In this document: piece after piece, positions 1 through 7,755 of the stretch
Position numbering within the stretch: the stretch's first letter is position 1
How the letters are laid out: each line of letters opens with the position of its first letter
IMG/VR virus record: IMGVR_UViG_3300043447_000408
Location: 64,001-75,732 of that record
Direction: 5' to 3' (one strand)
DNA length: 11,732 bases
Source: a virus
Lineage: Duplodnaviria; Heunggongvirae; Uroviricota; Caudoviricetes
Made by a program: the position numbers and the translations under genes
The notes under the pieces: model-generated
Database searches by the model: none
What the model saw: the letters and a program-made list of their open reading frames with translations, nothing else
Told to the model about the DNA's origin: nothing

Positions 1-1
1 A

Positions 2-139
2 TATGAGATGATGTGTCCTAATATTAAATTCTACGATTTAAAGTCGTGGAAAGATATTGAAGAGACTTACAAAACGGTGTATGAAAAGGGTGGAATATCC
101 GTTATTGTCGAATATCCTGAGTTATATTACGAAGCATAA
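2..139 (+). CDS. 3' end of a gene entering from the left; possibly a short transketolase pyrimidine-binding / alpha-ketoacid dehydrogenase E1 beta-like subunit
   Basis: Open frame from nt 2 reads YEMMCPNIKFYDLKSWKDIEETYKTVYEKGGISVIVEYPELYYEA* (TAA 137-139) and is directly followed by a terminator. The 'MCPNI..L....I...Y......G.S.IVEY..Y' pattern resembles the C-terminus of truncated E1-beta/transketolase-like proteins in sugar clusters (from memory, only 45 aa visible). Confidence 0.45.
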   Translation, partial: YEMMCPNIKFYDLKSWKDIEETYKTVYEKGGISVIVEYPELYYEA

Positions 140-170
140 AAAAAGGGACTAAAAGTCCCTTTTTTATTTT
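138..170. terminator. Bidirectional rho-independent terminator between convergent genes
   Basis: Stem AGGGACT (144-150), loop AAA, stem AGTCCCT (154-160), flanked by an A-tract (138-143) and T-tracts (161-165, 167-170), giving U tails on both strands. It lies between stops at 137-139 (+) and 169-171 (-). Confidence 0.9.
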
Positions 171-945
171 ACTCTCCCCAATGTTTTTTACGTAATTCTT
201 GTAAATCAATTGGTTCTCTTTTCATATGACCTCCTTGATTGAAGTGTGCACCTTGTTTAAGATATCCACCCAATAAGTTTCTTCTCATTCTATTTGAATT
301 GTTTGGTTCAGAACCGTGAACAACGTGTGAGTGTAATAACACTACTTGACCTTTTCTTAAGAAACCTTCAACTTTTTTGAAGTCGTGTCCTTCAGGCATT
401 ACACAAGGTTTACCTCTTTCGTTTCTCCAAAATGTTGGGTTGGTTTTAGTTCTTTCCTCATCAACTTCAATTGGTAAAGTTGGTAATCTGTGTGAACCTT
501 CGTAATTCCATACCGCACCATTCTCAGGGTCGTGGTTATCTAACGCGATTGCTGTGTTAATAATCTCATTGTGTTTACAACCAGTGTAGAATGCGTTTTG
601 ATGCATATCTCTACCTAATTGTCCCGGTGGTTTGAAATAACACCAAGTTTGTAATCCTACTGTTTTACCTTCCATAAGAAACTCACAAGCTTCTAATACT
701 TTAGGATGACAGAATAATTTTTCAATCATTGGTGAAATTTTATGTGGGTACGCAAATGGGTCCCACTCACCCCACTCTTTACCATCTTCAGTTGTAGTTT
801 TAGACCTTTCATTTCTTAATCGGTCCAATTCATCATTAACCGCATCACATTCGTCTTCGGTTAACAATTCCAATACTGTCCAACCTTTGTATCTCCAATC
901 AAATGTCATTTGTTGGATTTCTAATTCTGTTAAATGTTTGAACAT
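169..945 (-). CDS. Phytanoyl-CoA dioxygenase (PhyH) family Fe(II)/2-oxoglutarate oxygenase with H-Q-N motif
   Basis: N-terminal GWTVLELLTEDEC, FKPPG..G..MHQN (H115), GAVWNYEGSH, distal VHGSEPNNSNRMRR (H210, R221): typical PhyH layout. Confidence 0.88.
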   Translation of the reverse strand: MFKHLTELEIQQMTFDWRYKGWTVLELLTEDECDAVNDELDRLRNERSKTTTEDGKEWGEWDPFAYPHKISPMIEKLFCHPKVLEACEFLMEGKTVGLQTWCYFKPPGQLGRDMHQNAFYTGCKHNEIINTAIALDNHDPENGAVWNYEGSHRLPTLPIEVDEERTKTNPTFWRNERGKPCVMPEGHDFKKVEGFLRKGQVVLLHSHVVHGSEPNNSNRMRRNLLGGYLKQGAHFNQGGHMKREPIDLQELRKKHWGE

Positions 946-992
946 AGTTTTCTTTTTGTATAATTTATTTATTTTTTATCTATTAGTAAATG

Positions 993-1397
993 TTACCAAC
1001 TAATTTCCCAATCTTTAAATTCCGCAGCTAAACAATCAATTTTATAATCTTTTCTACCACCTACAATTTCTTGTATTTTGTTTTTAGCGGTATTTCTAAT
1101 ACCGTTCAATCCGTGTGTTAGTTCTAATTGATTACCTTCTTTAATTCCTTTACGATAGTTAGATTCGTTGTGCCAAATATGTAAATTCATCTGAGATAAA
1201 ACAACAATAGCTCTAATAGTTTCGGCGGTAATTTTCCCATCATTGTCATCAAGTAGTAATTGAATGTCGTGTAAAATGTCACTAATTTCTTGACCATATT
1301 CTTCTTTGTGCTCCGTAATAAAAACCTCTTTTAATTGTGATATACTCAACCTATCAACTAATTCAGCTAATGTTGGTAAATATTTTCTTTCACTCAT
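993..1397 (-). CDS. Small helical protein, DUF6165-like
   Basis: TLAELVDRLSISQLKE ... N.HIWHNE..YR ... N.IRN..K..I...GG matches the recalled DUF6165 pattern (xGELxDKxxILxIK ... NxxLWxxExxxR ... NxxRxxxKxxI). ATGA overlap with the upstream gene. Confidence 0.55.
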   Translation of the reverse strand: MSERKYLPTLAELVDRLSISQLKEVFITEHKEEYGQEISDILHDIQLLLDDNDGKITAETIRAIVVLSQMNLHIWHNESNYRKGIKEGNQLELTHGLNGIRNTAKNKIQEIVGGRKDYKIDCLAAEFKDWEISW

Positions 1398-2677
1398 ATT
1401 AAATTCTGTTTGATGTTAAAATATTGATTATGATACTTTTGAAATTCAACAAATGAATCAGGTAATCGATATAATTTATTTATTAGATTTGAATGATTGT
1501 GTTCAACAACTTCTCTCATTGACTTGAACCATTCCATTTTATTTTTAACTGAAATTGTCTTTTTAACACTTTCAATAATTGCTTTCATTCTCTCGTGTGT
1601 TGGTAAACTATCATAATCTTCATCTAAGAATTCAGAAAATGTTTTGTATCCCATTTTCTTCATCATCGCGAGACTATCTTTATTACCCATCACCATCCAA
1701 GGATGTCTACAAGCAATTGGTTTATAAAGTTTTTCACTTAAGAACATCGTTTCGTCACTATCACCACAATGGGCTTCACTTACAACACTAACCCAACTAT
1801 CTAAACAAATCTGTTCATTCAATCTTCTAATGTAATAGTTGTCGTCAAATTCATTATTTGGTTTTTCATATATCAACAATGGTAATGGTTCATATATTTT
1901 ATCAACAACCTCATCTGACATATATTCACCTTCAAATGGGTACTGATGTTTAGGAAAATGATTCATACTAACCAATCCATCTTTTAGAATATCATTGTCG
2001 AACATATAACGATAAAACCAAACTCTGTGAGGTCTTATTCTTTTATTCAAACAAGAAAAACTTTTAATATTCTTTTTGTTCTTTTTCTTGTATTCTAAAT
2101 GAGTATCGAAATCTGGTAGTTTTCCTTCTCTATCAAAATGGTAACAGGTCATCCCGACATCTAATTCAAAATGTGCGTATGGGATTACTTTTAACTTTTC
2201 TTTAATTTTATTTTCAATACACCACTTATCATAAATCTCATCCGCAATCATATTACCGGTGACATATACAATACTTGATGGTGGTACTTTATACTTCTTA
2301 CAATGTGTATGGAAAAAATCCCATAACCATCTTGATTGGTACCCTTCAAAACTTTGGTCTAATAAAAGTAATGCTTTCTTGTTTCTTAAATCACTCAAAT
2401 ATTTTGGGTTAAGATATTCAAACAAACTCTTAACCCTTGATGTGTATCCTGTCCAATCTTCAGGACTGTGATTAACTGCGGCAGGAATAACATAGTTTTC
2501 CACATCGTTATCCAATTTCAAAAATTGTAAAAAGGATTCTTTATGTGTAAACCCAAAATACATATTCGTTGCATTAATCAACGGTGCATATGTAAATCTC
2601 TTTATACCTGACGGATTTACATCAGGACAACTTGTAAAGTTGTGTAAGTTTTCAACATCTTCAAAAACTAATTTCAT
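1394..2677 (-). CDS. Putative GT-B fold glycosyltransferase, GT10 (alpha-1,3-fucosyltransferase)-like C-terminal nucleotide-sugar-binding region
   Basis: 427-aa ORF coupled on both sides. FSCLNKRIRPHRVWFY and VSVVSE...FLSEKLYKPIACRHPWMVMG...GYKTF..DEDYD loosely echo the GT10 motifs (F...N...R..FY; F....EN.....Y.TEK...A....P...G). The ORF is certain; the family is tentative. Confidence 0.45.
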   Translation of the reverse strand: MKLVFEDVENLHNFTSCPDVNPSGIKRFTYAPLINATNMYFGFTHKESFLQFLKLDNDVENYVIPAAVNHSPEDWTGYTSRVKSLFEYLNPKYLSDLRNKKALLLLDQSFEGYQSRWLWDFFHTHCKKYKVPPSSIVYVTGNMIADEIYDKWCIENKIKEKLKVIPYAHFELDVGMTCYHFDREGKLPDFDTHLEYKKKNKKNIKSFSCLNKRIRPHRVWFYRYMFDNDILKDGLVSMNHFPKHQYPFEGEYMSDEVVDKIYEPLPLLIYEKPNNEFDDNYYIRRLNEQICLDSWVSVVSEAHCGDSDETMFLSEKLYKPIACRHPWMVMGNKDSLAMMKKMGYKTFSEFLDEDYDSLPTHERMKAIIESVKKTISVKNKMEWFKSMREVVEHNHSNLINKLYRLPDSFVEFQKYHNQYFNIKQNLI

Positions 2678-4131
2678 TAAATAATATTGGGTTTAACATC
2701 TGAAACGTACTCACCAGGTTCGAAATGTGTTATTGCACCGTCAGTAACTTGAACATTAGGTATTGAATAATCAACTTTGATTGAATCATACCATTCGATT
2801 AGTTCGGGGTCATTAAACGTTGCTCTGAAATCTTTATTTCTTCTAACATCATATTGTTCGTAGAAACTCTTGAAGTCGTGCCATTGTTTGTCTTTATCCA
2901 ATTCTGTTTGGTTGTGACCTCTTTCAACAACTTCAATATAGTCAATCAATCTTTCGATTTGTGCCTTCTCGTGAATACTAAATAAAGGACTCTCTTTATG
3001 TTCAGTATACCAATTCTTTAACTTAAGATGTAACTTAGATTTGATATTATCAGGTAATGATAATGGTGACATAAATGACGGCCATCTTAGGATGTTGAAA
3101 TCAACGTTTGGTCTATTTGGTCCGTACTTCTCTTTCAATACTATCATATCATCTAAGAATTCAGTTATACTGAATAAACAAAGACTATTAATTGTCATCA
3201 TAATGGTTAATGAACGGAACTTAGCGTTCTCAATAAACTTAACCATATTAGCTCTCCAAATGTCATATTTTAGACCATCTCTGATATAGTCAGCGTGAAC
3301 ACCGAATGATTCATTACTTGTGTACAAATCAAATTCTTTAATTGGTAACTCGTGAGAGATACTAATTAATTTAAACAAAGTTGCTTCATTCAATCCAAGA
3401 TTTGAGTTAACTGCAAGTCTTAAGTTTTCAGAAGGATGTTGTTTCATTACATCAATGAAATTCCAAAAGTTACGACTTTGTGATGGTTCACCACCAGTAA
3501 CTCTAATCTCTTGTAAAGTCTTTGATAACTCAGGCCACCATTCTAAGAATGCTTGTACGTATGGGTTATTTTCGTTGTGTTTACCAAATTTTTCAGACCA
3601 AGAACCGTCCGCATAATATGCACCTGCACTACTTGTTTTGAACTTTTGATATGCTCCGTTCTCTTTGATATCTTTTGCCCAAGTTGTACTATAACCTGAG
3701 TTACAATAACTACAAGCAAAATTACAAGTACGGTCAAAACTAACCTCAACAGTTTTTAATAAGATGTCTTCTTCCCAAGGAATTTCTTTAAGTGCAGCAA
3801 TTTCTTCTTCAGTATAGATTAAACTCTTATATACTCTATCAGAAATGTTATCACGACCAATATCTTCAATCTTCCAACAATATGAACATTCAGCAGGTCT
3901 GATACCTGTTAACATCATCTTTCTTGCAATCTTCTTGTGTCGAGTATTATGTAACGCTGAAGGATTTGTTTTAATCTCTTCTAAATCAATAGGGTGTGGT
4001 AAAGGAAGATGACAGGAATTTGTGTATCCGTGTCCTAAATGTAAACTAGCGTTGTACCACTTAGCTGCACAGAAACTTTTACTAATACAGTTTAGATTTT
4101 TATTCCTCCATTCTCTTAGTTCGTCGGACAT
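2677..4131 (-). CDS. Radical SAM enzyme with N-terminal twitch (auxiliary Fe-S) domain, paralog 2
   Basis: CxxxCxxC = CNFACSYC (C136/C140/C143), RVTGGEP motif, N-terminal FCAAKW...G..NSCH...ECSYCW (C21, C40, C82, C85), C-terminal DF..F...Y..RR..D....PEL. Confidence 0.9.
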   Translation of the reverse strand: MSDELREWRNKNLNCISKSFCAAKWYNASLHLGHGYTNSCHLPLPHPIDLEEIKTNPSALHNTRHKKIARKMMLTGIRPAECSYCWKIEDIGRDNISDRVYKSLIYTEEEIAALKEIPWEEDILLKTVEVSFDRTCNFACSYCNSGYSTTWAKDIKENGAYQKFKTSSAGAYYADGSWSEKFGKHNENNPYVQAFLEWWPELSKTLQEIRVTGGEPSQSRNFWNFIDVMKQHPSENLRLAVNSNLGLNEATLFKLISISHELPIKEFDLYTSNESFGVHADYIRDGLKYDIWRANMVKFIENAKFRSLTIMMTINSLCLFSITEFLDDMIVLKEKYGPNRPNVDFNILRWPSFMSPLSLPDNIKSKLHLKLKNWYTEHKESPLFSIHEKAQIERLIDYIEVVERGHNQTELDKDKQWHDFKSFYEQYDVRRNKDFRATFNDPELIEWYDSIKVDYSIPNVQVTDGAITHFEPGEYVSDVKPNII

Positions 4132-4170
4132 ATTTTTGGTTTTTAATTATAATATACAGAAAAAATCTTA
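4132..4170 (-). promoter_or_regulatory. Possible internal sigma70-like promoter ahead of radical SAM paralog 2
   Basis: The only gap (36 nt) between 11691 and 993. The minus strand reads GATTTTTTCTGTATATTATAATTAAAAACCAAAAAT-ATG, with TATAAT at 4146-4151 and an overlapping TATATT, but only a weak -35 (TTTATA at 17 nt). The AT-rich background makes such matches cheap. Confidence 0.3.
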
Positions 4171-4911
4171 TAAAACGAATTTTTCAGGTACTTTTTCCAA
4201 GAAATTATTATTTTTAGATTCATCGAAAATAATTCCGATGTTATTAATTGTATTAAAGTTGTACAGACAAAGAATGTCTTTGTAATTTGGATTAGATATT
4301 AGTTTCTCTCCTTGAGTTTCATAAATTGATTTCGCCACTTTAATATCTGAAGTTCCTCTTACAATTGAAAAATGATATATGTCATATTCTCCGTGATGTC
4401 TGTGTTCCTCTACAGGTGAACCAGGATTAGCACATCCTAAGAATAGTCCGCTGTGTTGGTAGTCGTCAATTAAATTGTTTTTAAATCTTAGTTTATTCGA
4501 GACTTCAAAATTAACATATAAAGTAAATGCATTTCCTTGTCTTGCGATTGAGATTTTAACCGGTCTGTTTAAGTCGGTATGCTTTAATCCGTTGAAAGAT
4601 GCGAAATTAAAATCATCCCAAGTATTATCGTCTCCCTTTGTCCAAAATTCAAATGCAAGAATTTTACTTTCATTATTATAAGTCACACCTATATTTTTAC
4701 CAGGTTTACCAAATAAAGTACAAATGGGGTCTCTTCTATAAAGGTCTAATAATCTAATTTCTGCGGTGATTATGTACGAATCCTCGTAGAGAAAAGTTTT
4801 TATTTCCTCGATGTCAGTTTTGTTGAATTGAGTTACATATTGATTATCGTGGTGAGTATCTAAATCCCACTTATACATTACCCAATAAGGTTCTTTATAC
4901 TTTATTCTCAT
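4168..4911 (-). CDS. Stand-alone LamG / concanavalin A-like jellyroll protein
   Basis: Beta-strand pattern KISIARQGNAFTLYVN, LFLGCANP...EYDIYHFSI, and LCLYNFNTINNIGIIFDESKNNN. These match the domains inserted in the two GT7 genes (FYIGAANP...GYFDKFVVF; MVLYYN...ADLTGTQN). Confidence 0.7.
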   Translation of the reverse strand: MRIKYKEPYWVMYKWDLDTHHDNQYVTQFNKTDIEEIKTFLYEDSYIITAEIRLLDLYRRDPICTLFGKPGKNIGVTYNNESKILAFEFWTKGDDNTWDDFNFASFNGLKHTDLNRPVKISIARQGNAFTLYVNFEVSNKLRFKNNLIDDYQHSGLFLGCANPGSPVEEHRHHGEYDIYHFSIVRGTSDIKVAKSIYETQGEKLISNPNYKDILCLYNFNTINNIGIIFDESKNNNFLEKVPEKFVL

Positions 4912-6313
4912 CTCTGATGTTTTTTATAAATTGAGTTAATTCAGGATAGTATTCTTCGCAATCCATCCCTCTTCTTATTTTATATTCGTCAATAAACTTA
5001 ACAAAATCTTTTTTCTCTTTTTCGAATGAGATATCTGAATTGGAGTCTGTTATGAATATTTCTTTTATTCTTGTTATTTTTTCAATCTCCTTGGTTGAGA
5101 ATCCAACATCTTCGATTGATTGTTGTTCATAGAAATTTAAACTCCTATATGTTGAATAGAATTTCATAAACTTCTCACATCGATTAAAGTATTCTACATC
5201 CAAATAATCTTTCAATACTCTGAACCCTAAAAAGTCAGGATATCTTAGATACGATGTGTCTAATATTAGTGCTGAATTCCAATATCGTTCAGTGTTAAAA
5301 TGTTTAAGTTTTAAATCATAGACTTTTTTAATTAAAGACTCATATGAGAAGATACTGAATATGTTAAACGTCGACATTATGACGACAGTTACTTTAGGGA
5401 GTACTGTTAGAATTTTATCAATGTTACTGAATAGTCTGTCGAATTCCAATCCGTATCTAACATATTCTGCTTGTTTACCATAAGCATCGCAAGACGTGAA
5501 TATGATAACTTCTTTTACTCTTTCTTCACTAATAATCTTTTCTAATTTTACAATTAATTTATCAATCAATTCATCGTTAACTCCAAGATTACTATTGATT
5601 GATAGTTTTAATTGTCGGTTGGGTTCTTCCGTTTCAATGATATTTTCTAATACTCTCCAAGTATCTTTTGATAATAGGGGTTCTCCACCAGTAATTCTAA
5701 ACGTATCTAATGTGGTGTATAATTCAGGCCACCATTCCCAAAATGCTGCAACATAAGGATTATGTTCAGTTTGTTTATATGGTCTGGTTTTATTCTCATC
5801 CATTTGTTGAGTACTATTATAATCGGAGGATAGTTTATATCCACCAAACTGATTAATTTCCTCCATCCATTTAGTTGAATATTCGGGACCACAATATGCA
5901 CATTTGAAATTACAAGTGTTTGAAAAGTTTACCTCAACATACTTTGGATTAAAGTCTGCTCTCCAATGTGACTTTGATATTTCATCAAAATATGGTTCTG
6001 ACCAAGGTTCTGCACTTTTAAAAATTCTATCTGAAAATGAATTAGAATTATCTTCAACATTCCAACAATATCCACACTCCTTTGGTCGTTGACCGTTTAA
6101 CATTTCCTTCCTTGCGTACTTTTTAACATTACTATTATGTAATGCCGTGTAGTTTCTTTCAATCTCCTCTAAAGGTACTTTGTGTGGAGAAGGGTGGTGA
6201 CAAGAATGTGTTGTACCATTATGTAAATGCATTGTCACTTGTGTCCATTTTGCCAAACAGAAACCACAACCAACACCATTTAATTTATCTTTTGTTATGT
6301 TAAAATCTATCAT
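4895..6313 (-). CDS. Radical SAM enzyme with N-terminal twitch (auxiliary Fe-S) domain, paralog 1
   Basis: CNFKCAYC (C134/C138/C141), RITGGEP, N-terminal FCLAKW...G.THSCHH...ECGYCW (C19, C38, C80, C83), C-terminal DF..F..EY..RR..D....PEL. Confidence 0.9.
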   Translation of the reverse strand: MIDFNITKDKLNGVGCGFCLAKWTQVTMHLHNGTTHSCHHPSPHKVPLEEIERNYTALHNSNVKKYARKEMLNGQRPKECGYCWNVEDNSNSFSDRIFKSAEPWSEPYFDEISKSHWRADFNPKYVEVNFSNTCNFKCAYCGPEYSTKWMEEINQFGGYKLSSDYNSTQQMDENKTRPYKQTEHNPYVAAFWEWWPELYTTLDTFRITGGEPLLSKDTWRVLENIIETEEPNRQLKLSINSNLGVNDELIDKLIVKLEKIISEERVKEVIIFTSCDAYGKQAEYVRYGLEFDRLFSNIDKILTVLPKVTVVIMSTFNIFSIFSYESLIKKVYDLKLKHFNTERYWNSALILDTSYLRYPDFLGFRVLKDYLDVEYFNRCEKFMKFYSTYRSLNFYEQQSIEDVGFSTKEIEKITRIKEIFITDSNSDISFEKEKKDFVKFIDEYKIRRGMDCEEYYPELTQFIKNIRDENKV

Positions 6314-7755
6314 TTCATTTTTGTATTAATGAACATAGTATTAGGATACAATGTTTCATCTGTTTCTACAACTTCGGTTACCTCAGTTATTTTGTTAAGA
6401 CCTTCGTCTTTATAGTTAATTTTCTTTTGTTGCATTTCGGTAACAAATCGTTTCTCGTTTCTTGCGGTGGTTTCACCTTTAGCCCATTTACCATTCACAA
6501 AACCTTCATCAATATGTGGTAAACAATAGAATTGACCTTCTTTTCTAAATGGTAAAACGTTTTTAACAATTTCAATATCTTCTTCACCAATGATTGAATC
6601 TTTAACAACCGCCATTGAGCCGTTTACCTTATTAGTGAATCCATCTTCAAAATCATAATGTAAAACCAAATCTTCATCTTCTGTGGTTGTAAACACTTGT
6701 TTAATTTCATTTGGTTTTATGCACTTTTTAAAAATTTTCACCTCACCAATTTTACCTTTATAGTATGTTCTTTGGTGTGGACAATTACCCAAAACAAATG
6801 GTTTTACCGCATCCATTCTAGCCAATTCGTATTTCGCTTCGAAAGGTAATTTTTCTCTAATACCTCTAACGTTTCTCTCCAATTCATCATTGATATAAAG
6901 ATACAGTTTATTTTCCTCTTGTGAGTAAGAAATTGTTACCCAAGTCCATAAATTTTCAAATCGTTTTGCCCAAAAATAATGATGTTGACTATTTCTGTCG
7001 AAAACAACCATAGATACCGCTCTCGAATTATTGAATGAAACACCCCAAGTCCACATACCTTCTTTTCTTAATATTGGGTACTCTAAGAATCTATTTTGTT
7101 GGTCACCAACTAACCAAATAGGTACCACATCTTGTTGTTGTTCCGCATTAAATAATATTGAAATGGTATGGTCTGATGTGAAACAAGAACTTATTTCCCT
7201 ACTCGTCGGTATTTCAACTGCCGATGTTTTTCCGTTAAATTTAGCATACTTTTTACTTTCATATTTTTGGATGATTTTACCAGTGGTTAAACCTTCAAAG
7301 TAACATCTCCAAAATAAGTCATCATCTTCTTGTCCCCAATCCCAATAATCATTTGAATACCCATTAGTTTGATAAGCTTGTTCTTTTGTAAATAAAACAA
7401 CTCCGCCAAAGTATTGGTCGTATCCCAAACCATAATTGTATTTGGACAATCTAGTTGCAATGTGCATCGGATTATCTTCAGGATATGAGTAGTCAGCAAA
7501 CACACCATCTTTATCATATACCAACATATCCACATCGTGCCAAGCAACGTAATCACATCCGTCATTAAACGCGTAATGGGCTGCAATATTTTTCATTGCA
7601 CCTCTATTAAAAAGTTTATCGTCAACCTGATGTCCCACATAAAATTTGTGGTCAATATTTTGACTTGTTAGATACTTTGATAAGTGAGGGATTAATCTTT
7701 CAATGTGTTCCTTTCTATTTCGATAAGGGATACAAATTCCTAATTTGTGACTCAT
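6310..7755 (-). CDS. GT7 (beta-1,4-galactosyltransferase-like) glycosyltransferase with internal LamG domain, paralog B
   Basis: IPYRNR, LFNRGAMKN, HDVD (DxD), QYFGGV, NGYSNDYWDWGQEDDDL. A LamG core spans about aa 160-399, then the GT7 tail follows (GQFYCLPH...RNEKRF...EGLN...FIN). Confidence 0.88.
   Translation of the reverse strand: MSHKLGICIPYRNRKEHIERLIPHLSKYLTSQNIDHKFYVGHQVDDKLFNRGAMKNIAAHYAFNDGCDYVAWHDVDMLVYDKDGVFADYSYPEDNPMHIATRLSKYNYGLGYDQYFGGVVLFTKEQAYQTNGYSNDYWDWGQEDDDLFWRCYFEGLTTGKIIQKYESKKYAKFNGKTSAVEIPTSREISSCFTSDHTISILFNAEQQQDVVPIWLVGDQQNRFLEYPILRKEGMWTWGVSFNNSRAVSMVVFDRNSQHHYFWAKRFENLWTWVTISYSQEENKLYLYINDELERNVRGIREKLPFEAKYELARMDAVKPFVLGNCPHQRTYYKGKIGEVKIFKKCIKPNEIKQVFTTTEDEDLVLHYDFEDGFTNKVNGSMAVVKDSIIGEEDIEIVKNVLPFRKEGQFYCLPHIDEGFVNGKWAKGETTARNEKRFVTEMQQKKINYKDEGLNKITEVTEVVETDETLYPNTMFINTKMK
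6559..7278 (-). other. LamG/ConA-like domain inserted in GT7 paralog B (approximate limits)
   Basis: KFNGKTSAVEIP, TISILF, WTWVTISY...LYLYIND, FVLGN...YKGKIGEVKIF.....NEIKQV, LVLHYDF. Confidence 0.75.

Noticed and set aside
10-5268. Near-identical 16-17-mers GATGTGTCCTAATATTA (10-26) and GATGTGTCTAATATTA (5253-5268)
   Set aside because: Only two copies, with an indel, both inside coding sequence on opposite coding strands; consistent with chance in AT-rich DNA.
3485-5703. Short DNA-level similarities between the two radical SAM genes (around the R(V/I)TGGEP and WWPEL codons)
   Set aside because: Explained by paralogy; not a repeat element or a DGR-like template/variable pair.
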